From contig CM030338.1 of the NCBI GenBank assembly GCA_017654855.1, forward strand, positions 930,001 through 994,000: a stretch of DNA of 64,000 nt, in the 5' to 3' direction. Positions 11,610 through 22,723 of this stretch are shown piece after piece. Within the stretch, counting starts at the first letter, position 1. The number at the start of each line of letters is the position of its first letter. The notes under the pieces were generated by a model, which was not told the DNA's origin, searched no databases, and saw only the letters and a program-made list of their open reading frames with translations. The translations under genes and the position numbers were made by a program. Source of the DNA: Podospora anserina. Taxonomy: Eukaryota.

Positions 11610-14316
11610 TCACCAAAACAACTCCCTGGCTTGTCGCCCGTGTAAACCACCCGTGCTCGTCATCTCTTCTTGTATTTGTTCTAATCGCTGGCGTTCTCGT
11701 CGCCGTTGGTGAAGGACTTCTCTCCATTTTTGGACAAAGTTGTCTTGACCTGCGTGCTCTCTTGTTAGTATTCGTCACCAGAAAGTGAGAAGGGACAAGA
11801 GACGTACTTGGCGAGTTCTCAAACTCAATCTCAAAGGTCTTGTACAAATCGTACTTTTCCACGTCTTCCTCCCCTTGTTGACCATGGATGTCTAATCCAG
11901 CGGGCTCGGAACCTATGCCTTTTTCCATATGTGCTGTTTATTGTCAACTTCATTGCCTTGCATTTCCAGACGAAAGAGGATAGGCATACCTTTCACCCCC
12001 GGCCACCGTGACACCCTCCTTGTAAACGGCCCCGGCCCCTTTCTTGGTTTCAACTTCACAATCGTCTGCCCTTCCAGCTTAATATCCAAATCATCGGTGA
12101 CTAATTCCCCAATCAGTCAGCACAACCCCCCCAAATTTCGTCCGAGCACAAACAGCAAACTTACTAAACAAAGTGATGTACTCCCCCGAACGTCCCAAAT
12201 AAACCATCAGCCTTGAACTGCTTGCTACCAATCTCTCCCTCAACGGTCCACTTAACGCCGTCCCAGCTGTTACAAAACTAGCCACTTCTGCTGATGGCCC
12301 CCCGCCACTTCTCCTTCCACCTTCGTTACTCTCGTGCCAGATCTGCAGCCTAACCCCAGAGTACTTCTCTATCTCCCTCGACCCGCTTTTGTTTAGCGTG
12401 ACCAACTTAACACTTTGGATATCAAGCACCACCTTCTGACTTGTCAGGCGAGCCTGAAAGTCGAATAACGCCGCCGGTTTGTCAAACTGATATATCCCGC
12501 TTGGTCTTCCTGTTCCTGCCTGCGAAGAAGATGACATATACCCGCTTCCCGGGCCCTGTTCTGATTCCCTATCACGGATGTAGACCACGTTTGGGAGTCG
12601 TTGATCATAGGCATATGCTGGGACGAGTTGGGCATTGATGGATTTCACTGTTGGTTCTTAGTCAGTATCTTCCGTCTGAACTACTGCCGGAAGAGGGGGG
12701 GCACAAACTCCAATATGTTTCTGACTCTTTTGGCGCTTTACAGTGGAACCGAAGGTCGTTGGTCAAGTTATTTCTAAAGACCTTCAAGACGCCCTCCTGC
12801 CATATTGGGTTGGTGAGAGAATGGGCGGATCTGACCGGGCTGTTCCACTTTATTAGCTTACTGGACACCTCATGTTTCGTTTGGCGGTTGGAGAAGCATA
12901 CCCATCAAACACCAGGTCCTCCCCTGGCAGCACATTGTCCCTCCCCGTGCTCCCCCCATCGCTCGACATCATCGACGGGGCCATTCCAGGGGTTCCCGCT
13001 ACATCGGTAGTGCTCTGCATCGGGTGCATCACCACCACCGGCGTCAAGGTGTCATATTCCCCTCCCCCGCCATATTCCTGCGTTGGTGTTGTCCCAAAAC
13101 TAGCATAACTCGGCTGTCTTGCCACAACAGACGGTGATGCTACGTAATCCGATGTAGGCACATGGTGATACAGCGGCGGGTAGTGATGGTGTCCTCGAAT
13201 CCCTGGTCCGTTGTAAAACTCCTTCTCTACTTCTGAGGGCGATGGCGTCGGGGGTGATAGAGGGTCTGATATCCTTCGTGGATGCGGGTGAGACTGGTTG
13301 TAATATTGGTGGAGATAGTTCGAGTTGGAGGACGAGTACGAAGATGACGTAGGCAGTGTTGCCAGAGTTGGTGAGAGTGATGACGCTGATGGGCTGCTCG
13401 ATACTATTGGTATTGACTCCCCTAGGAGTGATGGTAGGCCAGTCGTCGTCGGCAGTTGGCGGGAGGCGTTGACTGCTTGTTGCGTATAGCCGACGTAATC
13501 GGGGCTGGTCCAGCGTGTCTGATGTGGGTTCCCACTCCCAGACGACACGGATGACGTGCGAGCATGGTGGGCATGTTGGCTTGAAGGCTCCAAGTACTGC
13601 TGTGGTGACGACGGCGGGTGCTGCTGTGTTTGCGATATGGAACCCCTGGGTGAAGCCGTTGTACTTCGCGGGGTTGCCGGCGCCACTCCGGGGACGCCCA
13701 TGTAGGGATCCGTCAAGGCTTCGGCCGCTTGCACCCCGCCATCTGACTGTCCGTACAAAGGGTTGACCCCAAAATGGTTGCTGCCGACGCTGAGCTGGGC
13801 CATCATCGTGCTGGCTTCATGAATCGGGCTCTGGGGCGGTGGTGGTTGTGGTTGTGGTGGTGGTGGTGGTGGGTTATGCCTTCGAGGGGAGGAGTGCGAA
13901 TGCGAGTTGGCATTCGACGGCGACCTCCCCCATGTCGCAAATGTCTTAAAGGAGAGTGAGCTCGAAAGAGAACTGGCAACCGGCGGCGCGCGGCTTGCTA
14001 TCGGCGGCGTCCTCGCAGTCGGAGCGGCTTGATAACTTGGGGGACTGGCAGACGGAGGTGGTGTAAAAGGAGCCGAAGCGGAAGCAGACGCTGGGCTGGG
14101 GAGTTGTCCTGGTGCGGGATCGGGAAGCTCTTCTAACCGGTAGCGGCGGCCGTTTGGTGCGATGATGATGTTGCGATCAACAAACTGTAGGGTTGCGTCG
14201 ATGGTCGCGCGATCAAAACCGCTGTTGAAGAGGTCCGAGAAAGGCGTTGTAGCCTCGTTGTCCACGGGGGGAAGAAGGCTGGGGGCCACTGTGTTACGGC
14301 CCTGGGCTGGCATCAT
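11610..14316 (-). CDS. Conserved fungal hypothetical protein: disordered Ser/Pro-rich N-terminus, folded (possibly PH-like) C-terminal region, 6 exons
   Basis: ORF 12853-14316 splices in frame through five GT-AG introns (12840-12901, 12648-12708, 12101-12164, 11934-11989, donor at 11807) to ...QARELFW* at 11610. The fold guess is inference. Confidence 0.8.
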
Positions 14317-15675
14317 GGACGTGGATGACGCCGCGCAAGCCCCATTCGTTCTACCTGCCCTTCAACCTGCCATGGCCGTGTCGCTAGGACTGTTGTAAGA
14401 CGGCGGTGATCGACACGTCGCATATGTGTTGTGCCTCTTCAGGTGTCGGTTTCTGCTCAGCCAACACGGCAGCGGTAGCGGGCATAGGCACTGCTAGCCT
14501 GCAACGGTCAAAAGCGCACTAAGATAAGAAGAGACAGGGACAAGCGAAGCAGCTTTGGGGAAGACAGGGGCAGTGACGGGGAAGTGGGAGGGAAGGCAAA
14601 GGAAACGCGCGCGGGGGCGGGCAGGGCATGGCCAACCCTCCTCCAGATTCGAAAGCGAAAAGCCGAGAAATTTCACTGGGTGCTCATGCCGATGGATGCT
14701 GCTTCCTCTCAGCTCAGCTCCATGCACCGGACAAGTTGGAGGTGACGAGATGCTGCAACCAGGCAGCGCCACCCGTCTTCATTGGGCATTGGGCAAACAC
14801 AACCTCACAGTGTTGCTTCGTTAGCACCAAGCAGCAAAGTGTCGGGGACCAGGGGTCAAAAAGTGGTCTCGGTAAGGCTGAATGCCCACCTGTCGATCCG
14901 GCTCACGAGGACGGGCTTCCCGTTGTCACCTACCTATCGGCATCAGTCATGGTAGGTGTTGTAGTTACATGCATAGTTGCGAGCACATAGTTGCAAAGTG
15001 TAGGAGGGTTCCACTAGGGGCAGACTCCGGTTATCGGGAATGGCCGTAGTGTAGCAGATGCGGCCTAATGTCTAGCCGTTCGCATTTTTGAAGGTGAGGT
15101 GGGCGACTGGTACCCATTGTGAAATCTAGAAGGTCCAACCCGGCACATACTGAGGCGCCCTATCTGCAAGAGTGCCGAACCCACATACGAATGAGTTGGA
15201 CGAAATGGTAGGTAGGTGGTGTGCTGCGTTATCTTGGACCCGACGCCCCGGCTTATCCCGTCGCCCATCAGTAACAAGCCAGAGCAGTTCTCCGTCTCTG
15301 CCACAGACCGACATCTCCGGTCATCACCCACGATACTCGGTACAAAACACAATGCTTGCTTCGTATAAACACAAAATCTAACGCGTCCCCAGTGCCATGC
15401 TCGTGTAGCCTCAACTGGCATTGCCAGGTCAGAATACTCCGCTCCATCCCATGAAAACAAAGTGCCATCCATCTCTTTCAGACCGAGATCCTCTTTGATG
15501 CTAAAGCACAAACACCGGTATATCAATGCTCCTCTGAGAAATAGCAATAGTTTTCTCCCGCTTGTCCCAAACACGCCGCCCATCCCTGGTCCATTTCCCC
15601 GTAACGCCTGCTTTCCCGTCCTTGGTTTGCAACCAGTCATTATAAGTCTTGTATCGCCGATTCAAGACCGTGAGC

Positions 15676-16821
15676 TCAGGCTACCTTCTTCCTCCTGCCG
15701 GCTCTCTTCTTCTTCTCGGGTGCCTCGTCCTCGCTTTCCGTCTCGGCTGCGCTCTTGGATTTGCTAGGACCTCCCTTTTTCTCTTCTGTCGTCTCGACCC
15801 TACTAACGATTTCTCTCAGAAAGTCCCATTGCTCGTCCGCCTCGACGACTTGCTTCAGCATTTGTGCTGATACTCGCTTCGAGTTCTTCTCCCGGGCTAG
15901 ATCCGCGCTCTTAGTCACCATTTGCACCATAAAAAGCTCCAAAGCTTTCCCCACCGCGATAGGCGTCTGCTGTGCCACCTTGCCTACTTCTTCGTCAGCC
16001 TGCATGATGCGCTTGATCCGCGCTGTTGGGAACTTTGTCTTGACTGGGGAGGGCTCGATGGTGGGAGGTGGGGGTCGGGCAGCTGCCCCACGTTTGGGAG
16101 GCATCGTGCTTGCGGGGTTGCCGGAGTTGATGTTGTTGCTGTTGTGGTTCGCGTCGTGAGATTCCGGTGGACTGACTGTGCCGTCTAGACCGTGGGGAAA
16201 GCCAGCAGGTTGAGTTGTGAACGCGCCGGACGTGTAATGCTGCGCGTGAAGTGGTGTCTGTTGCTGCTGTTGCTGATGAATCGGCTTTTGTGGACGGTAC
16301 TGATAATTGTCTGCGCCGTACCACGATCGGTTTTGGTATGATTGCGGCGAAGGAGCTGTGTAACTGGACGCCGAAGCGGGTTGTGACGCGGGAGCAGCGG
16401 ACTGGGGGATATAAGTTGAGTAGGTCTGCGACTGCGGTGGGTATGCGGCTCCGCTAAAGCTGGTGTTTAGGGGCGGCTGATTGGTGATGTCGCTGAGGTT
16501 CTTGGATGGTCGTACGGTTTGCGCCAAGGCCTGAGGCGGTGTCGCGAGCTGTGGTTGCTGATGTGGCAATTGTGGTTGTGGTTGTGGTTGATGAAGTTGG
16601 TAATGGTGAGAGCTTTGGTTTGCTGCTGGCTGGCCTGAAAAATATGTACTTGAAGGCGGAAGCTTGTGTGGCCGTTGCGGAGAAAACTGTGACGGGGGTT
16701 GTGATTGTGATAACGGCGGCCAGTGCTGGGTTTGTGCTTGTTCCGCTGGCGGAGTGGGGCCCGATGAATAGAAGGAAGAGAGATCCGGACTCCGGGGAGC
16801 ATAAGTGCCCTCGTCAGACAT
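15676..16821 (-). CDS. BUR6: NC2 alpha subunit (Bur6/DRAP1), histone-fold protein with Q/P-rich N-terminus
   Basis: First ATG 16821 ([15 protein letters not shown]). C-terminal [37 protein letters not shown]...WDFLREIV is the NC2-alpha histone fold. Single exon. Confidence 0.88.
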   Translation of the reverse strand: MSDEGTYAPRSPDLSSFYSSGPTPPAEQAQTQHWPPLSQSQPPSQFSPQRPHKLPPSSTYFSGQPAANQSSHHYQLHQPQPQPQLPHQQPQLATPPQALAQTVRPSKNLSDITNQPPLNTSFSGAAYPPQSQTYSTYIPQSAAPASQPASASSYTAPSPQSYQNRSWYGADNYQYRPQKPIHQQQQQQTPLHAQHYTSGAFTTQPAGFPHGLDGTVSPPESHDANHNSNNINSGNPASTMPPKRGAAARPPPPTIEPSPVKTKFPTARIKRIMQADEEVGKVAQQTPIAVGKALELFMVQMVTKSADLAREKNSKRVSAQMLKQVVEADEQWDFLREIVSRVETTEEKKGGPSKSKSAAETESEDEAPEKKKRAGRRKKVA

Positions 16822-18148
16822 TGTAGTAGGTAATGACAATAGAAAAATGTCTACCGGATGCCAGTGACCGGCGACACAATTTATGATAGGCCTGAGGCTG
16901 CCGCCCTTGCTGAGAATGGCGTCTCTTGGAATCGCTTCCGTGGACCGAGACAAGCTGGGTTTAGTGGGGTGGTTGGAGGTGGGATGCTACAAGTATTTGG
17001 GTTAATCGCTGTTCGAACAGGCCCGAGCTGTGGAAGCTGTGGCTGGACAAAGAGAGCTTCCCGTGCAGGGCGGGGCAATGGAGGGGTAGGATGGCGGGGC
17101 TAATGCAAGCTGTGCCTGCGTGAGGTGGACAGGTTGGAGACTTTTTTTATGTTGCATGCAGAGAATACCATGTGTCTGCCTTCAACAAGGCAGAAGCGGC
17201 CCAGGTTGACAGCTGGTGATATACCATAGGCAGGTATATGCTGGGGGTTGAACCAGATGAAGGAAGGTACAAGAAGAATGGAGCTAGTCCGTAGCTGACT
17301 TACATGAACTTGGAGGAGAGGTCCAGAATGAAATATGAATCCCCTCGGGTCGACTTCAGATCAGGCTCTACCGCCGAGCCAGGCCGTCCTTGGAGGGGGG
17401 ATCACCAGCGCGTTTATATGCATCCTGTCGCGCTTTCACGCCGCTTCTGCCCCACGGTCAGCAAATCACCAGGCGTGAGCTCTAACCCTATTAGGCTTAG
17501 CCCGAGCACAGCCCCAAGTCCATTTTTCCGAACATGCAGATCTTCGGTTTGCCCTGCATCACCGCTTGAGAATCTGCCATGCTCCCCTGGATCGTCGATC
17601 ATGGGAGCCTCTGTTTCTGAACGAGTTGCTGCTGTGGTCCGTCAGGAAGAAGAAGTCTTGCCATATATTCTTCTGAAACGAGGTGAGCCCTCTTTGCTCG
17701 ACATGTCAGGTGCTCGACGACTTCAGCAACTCCCTTTCGGGTTTATCCAGCCACTCACTCATCCCACCTTGCGTCCAACGACAAGGTAGGTTTCAGGTCC
17801 AGGTGGGACAGGTATCAGAACGGCATTTCTGAATTCGTTTCCACTTCTCGGGTTGACGTCTCTTTCATGCTCCGTCCAACTTTTGACTCTCAAACGGCGA
17901 GTTGCCATTACGACGCCAGCTTCTTGAAAGGTTAGTTATCTCTCCTCACCTTGTTCACACCTAGTCCCGGCGTTCATGATGACCATCAATGAGCAAACAC
18001 AATAGCCAAAGACGTTGAACGGGGCATCGAAGAAACCGAGTCTCTGGCTCTGGGGTCATCTTTGCTCAAGTCCATGATGGCCCAAAATAACTTGATCTAA
18101 TCTGACAGAACTTCCGCTCTAGCAACTGTTACAGCAACTGCTGCCTCC

Positions 18149-19500
18149 TCAAGGAATACACTGTCTAATCTCCTTGCTTATAGTTCTCAGTCCACCAAGT
18201 CGCTCATTTACATTGCTCGAAAGGAATAATGAGGCAACGGGCCAGGCGTGAATGCCGCCGACAGCAGCTTCGCTCTTGACAACGACCGTCTCCTGCACGG
18301 TACCGATGAAGTCTTCGATTTCCGAGGCAAACACCTCCTCGGTGCCATACGTTATATAAATCCCCTTTGACGGGGAAGACCGCTTCCACAAACCCATGTC
18401 TTTGCAACACCCCGGCGATACCAACGGCTCTTTCTCTGGCATTTTCCCGCCTGCAAACTGCATTCCGTACTGATGCAGTTGTTTCACGTCAAGATAGTCG
18501 CTGACGGTATTCCGGTGCCGTGTGGAAACGAGCGTCACCCACGGCGAAATGAGGACGGCCAAGGCAGGCACCGGGAGTCGACGCCCATACCCGATGCCGT
18601 TTGCCTCTTGGCTGCCTAGATGCAGCAGCAAACTGAGGATCAGAGTCGCACCTGCAGAATCACCACTGACACAGACGAGTGAGGGATCTTGCACCACCTT
18701 CAGCACATGCTCGTAGCCCCGTACAGCCTCGTTGAGCTGGGTTGGAAATGCAGCGTCTGGCACTAGTGTGTACTCCAACGCAAATATGGCCGGGTTACTG
18801 TAGCCCAGAGCCTCCAGCTCCGATAACCAGGTCAGGAGAAATTCGAGATAGAAGTACGACGACCCCATCGAAAATCCACCACCTAACGACATCAGTATGG
18901 TGTATCATCGACGAGTTTCACCATCACTGGGCCCTCACCATGAGCGTAGAATAGCACAAAGTCGGGCTTCTCTTCCGGATTTTTGATCAGCCAGATGCCA
19001 TGGAAGGACTCCTTCTTCACAGTCAGCCAGCCGCACAGGTAACCTAACATCTAGCCCGCAAGCTACTAACCTCGCGATGTTCCCTCCACGGAACAGGACA
19101 CCTAAAATAGCCATGTCGCAACAGCCGGAACTGCATAAACGGAAGCGCAACCTCCTTGGAGAAGAAGACCCTACCGATTTTTGCAGGGACATGTTCGAAT
19201 GCGTACCGGACACAGCGAATCACAAAATCCTCAAACGATGAGGCCTTCTGGACGAACAGAGACTGATTTTCAGGAGGTAAAAAGTATCTTTCTCTCATAA
19301 GCCCAACAGGTAGCTTCACCGCTTGTTCTATTCAGCAAATGACCTTGAAGTGAGAATTCGGCCAACTTACAAAAGAACGGCAGTGCTTGAAGCACGCACC
19401 AGACTGTCTCGAAGAATCCAACGTGCCATATCAGCTGGGGAGCCAAGAAGACGCAAAAGACCAAGCAGTCTAAATATGATACTGGTCCGAGGAGCAGCAT
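18149..19500 (-). CDS. Alpha/beta hydrolase (Say1/Mug180-like, HSL-type lipase/steryl deacetylase)
   Basis: ATG 19500 with an N-terminal hydrophobic segment. Spliced FYAH|GGGF oxyanion motif, GDSAG nucleophile, LISPWV, HAWP. Three introns, two with AAG acceptors. Confidence 0.85.
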
Positions 19501-19916
19501 CAGATCATGGCTTTCTGGACCGCGCGCCATGTTTTATGGGGATCTTGCTCAGGGGTTCGCTGCATTCCGGAAGGTCTGGTAGACAGTAAACTGAGTGGCA
19601 CTCCCCTGTCGAGCAACCCCGCGGTGGTGACGTCGGAGGTGAATAGTCCGCCGCATCCACTGCTTGGCGACGGTTGAACGTTGAAGAGGTTTCGTATGGT
19701 AGTGGCGTGTAGTTTGTTGAGAGGGCATTGAAGCTCACGAGAGTTATCAAGTTGGTTTAGTTTTCCAGCCAGTCATAATGAACGCATTCGTATAGAGAAC
19801 AAGCCACCATCACTGCGTTACCACAGCTCAATAGTTCCGTACCTGCATATGGCTTATCACCGACCAGCGGTATGAAAGAGGAACCATTTTAGTTTCTACC
19901 CATTCACCCAACCCTA

Positions 19917-21740
19917 CTACGTATTCTTCGCAACTTTCAAAATCTCCTCCTCCATCTTCTCAAAAGCTCCCAACACATTCCCATACTTTTCAAACACCCC
20001 CTTTTTGTAACCCTCATCCACCCTCTGAATCGCCCCCTCCTCCTTCCACCTCTTCCCAATCAACTCATCAAACGCCTCCCCATCCCCCCTCTCAAACGCC
20101 CAAACAGCCTTATACGCACCCCCCAACGCGCACGCATTCCCCCCGACATCCAACTTGTAAACCCCATCCGCTCCCCCCAGCGCATCCCCCAGCACCCGCG
20201 TAATAGCAGGGTTCAAACTCCCCCCTCCAACCAAATAAACCCTCCCTGGCTGCGCCGGCAACCCCTCCCTCGGCGCCGTCACCAACTTCTGACTCCTCAA
20301 CCTCATGCTCAAAGCCTGACTCTCAATAATCGCCCTCGCGTCCGTCTCCTTGGCCCAGGGCTCCCTCACCTCCTCCAACCCCTCCCCCGAGTTGGCGTCA
20401 CATGTATACCTCCACGTACCAGCCTTGATGTTCGGTACAATCTCGGGCAGGTAAAAGTACAACCCCAGCTTTGCCCTATCCCCCTCCTTTCGCACATCCA
20501 ACGGCGCTGTCTCGAGCGCGTGCTTGTTAAAGTTCTCCCAAACATCTCCAGACTCAGAACTAGGTAGTACGTCACGCACTTTTTCTCTAGCCAAACCCCC
20601 ATTCTTGTAGCACAACATAAACATGTACTGCCCCGGCGTGGTCGGGTGATTAAAAAAGTGATAGCTCGGATCCGGCTTGTAAACCGGCGTGCTCATCAAG
20701 AATGTCGTGCTAGTCCCCAGACTGACAATCGCATCCAGCGGCCTCAACGGCAGGGCCAGAATCGTGGCGGGGTTGTCACCCGTAAAAGGGGCCACCCCGC
20801 AGTCAGGGGAGAAGTTGTACTTGTTTACGAAATAAGAGGACACATTGCCCATGCTGCCGCCGCCGTCTTGTCTTACCTCGCCGAGTTTAGCTCTGAGGTC
20901 ATCGGGCGAGCCACCCGAGGCGAGGTCGAGAAGGGGCGATGACCAGTTGTTGGAGGGGATGTCCCAGAGGTTCATCCCGCAGACGTCGGAGATGTCCATG
21001 GGCGCGATGGAGCCGAGGAAGAGGGAGGCGAGGAAGGAGGAGACGAGGGAGATGCGGGAGGTGGAGGTGTACATTTGGGGGAGCTTGTGGCGGAGGCGCA
21101 TGATTTGGGTGCCGGTGAAGCGCTGTTTACATATATCACCATTAGCTAGATGTAAGAAAAGGGATTGGAGGGGGTGAACAAACATGATGCGCCGCGCTCC
21201 CCGTGGCCTGAGCCAACCTCTCTGCCGTCCCCATTGTCTCCTCAAACTTGTCGCACTCATGCTGGGTGCTGTGATCTTGCCAGTTGGGGGCGAAGGGGTG
21301 TGAGAAGGCTCCCGTGAGTTGGTCAACGAGGGACTTGTCCGCGGTTAAACCGCCGAGGAGCTGCTCGGCTTCATGGCTCCAGTAGACGCTACCGTGTTGT
21401 TGGCAGGAGCCGCTGATGCCCTTGATGCAGTTCAGGGGTGTGTTTTGCTCTTGGAGACGCTGGAGGACAAGGTCGAGGGACTCGAGCCAGAGGGCTACGG
21501 GGGCAAAGACCTCGCCTTCTTGTTCGTTGACGAGGACGCCCTTTTTGATCTTGTATTTGGCGCCAAAGTCCTGGTCGAAGTCGACTTTGGCGGAGGAGAC
21601 GATGGAGAGGTCGGATTGGATGACGATGGCTTTGGGAGGTTAGTTTTGGCCAGAGAAGAGGTCCTGGAAAGTTTGGGTGTACCTTTGAGCTGTTGGGTTG
21701 AGAGGTCAAACCCCAGGTAAAGGGGTCCGTTGTCGGTCAT
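19917..21740 (-). CDS. XKS1: D-xylulose kinase (FGGY family)
   Basis: MTDNGPLYLGFDLSTQQLK, GSCQQHGSVYW, PNWQDHST, AHH|RFTGTQI, TGDNPATI, SLGTSTT, MLCYKNGGLARE. Two introns. Confidence 0.95.
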
Positions 21741-22230
21741 GGTGTAAGTCGTCAAGCTCTATGTTCAACACCGCGGGGTAATTTGGACGCAGTTCACACA
21801 ATAATCACCCAATGTCTCTGAGAAACTAACAGCAGTAGGAGGAGAGAGGAAAACAACTGATCATGATTCTTTTATTTCTTCCCGGCAAAACAGATCGACG
21901 TGGGGCATGGTCGTCATGAGTGGTAGCTGATCTCGCGGGGACCTTTTCCCCCCAGAGCTTCCCTCGCGCCTGTAGCGGATGGCGGGGCAGCGCATCATGG
22001 GACAGGCGGCAGCCTCGTCTGATGGGGGAATTTAGCCTGATATCAGAGCTGGCGCGGCCGACCAATGCCAGCTCGCCGTTTTGGAGCTCTTGCTTTTTTG
22101 TTGTCGGGGAGGGCCTGTCCAAGCTGTCAAGTGGAGTGCTTGTTGAAGAGTGGGGGTAGGAGCAACTTCATTGTGCAGAGGAGCAGGAAGTTTTTGGAAA
22201 GAGACGAGTGAGAGCAAACTCTTCGTCGTA

Positions 22231-22312
22231 GATAGAGAAAATTCCGTCTGATAAAAGAAACTCCCGTCTGAGATAAAGAAACTTCCGTCTGATAGAGGAA
22301 GTTCCGTCTGAT
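22231..22312. repeat. Imperfect ~20-bp tandem repeat, 4 copies (GATA.AGAAA.TTCCGTCT)
   Basis: gatagagaaaattccgtct / gataaaagaaactcccgtctga / gataaagaaacttccgtct / gatagaggaagttccgtct. Confidence 0.85.
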
Positions 22313-22723
22313 TCCAAGTTTGGAAGTGCTCGGTATAAGAAGAGGATTTAACAGCACACTTCCAACCCGAACCCTCACTTTCACAACTCCCGGCCGGCAG
22401 ACCCCAGCCTGTCAGGGCCTCAGCCCCTGCAAGTGCAATGCTCCAGGCTGTTGTGTTTCCCTGCCCAGCGCCAGTGACGAAAGCCAACCTGGCAAGTGTC
22501 GAACCCGCCTCGCCCTTTTTTTCACGACATGGTAGACAAGTCCGAGCCTGCCAATTCACTGTTGACGGAATTGGGACCAATTGAGTGAGAAGCCACGAGA
22601 CAATACCGTATACCCAACAAAGACGCGCCAGCCACGTTTCCTCGAATTCATTTTCGAGTGCCATCACTGGACGCCATGGATAAGCGAGCTTCCGGCGCAT
22701 CGACCACTTGAAGGAAGCCCAGT

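Noticed and set aside
14905-14930. GGGCTTCCCGT resembling part of 5S rRNA
   Set aside because: Only about 11 nt match; the rest of a 5S gene is absent.
17304-18100. Short ORFs between BUR6 and the hydrolase
   Set aside because: No motifs, codon bias or consistent splice model.
22231-22312. CRISPR-like appearance of short repeats
   Set aside because: No unique spacers, eukaryotic context, no cas genes.
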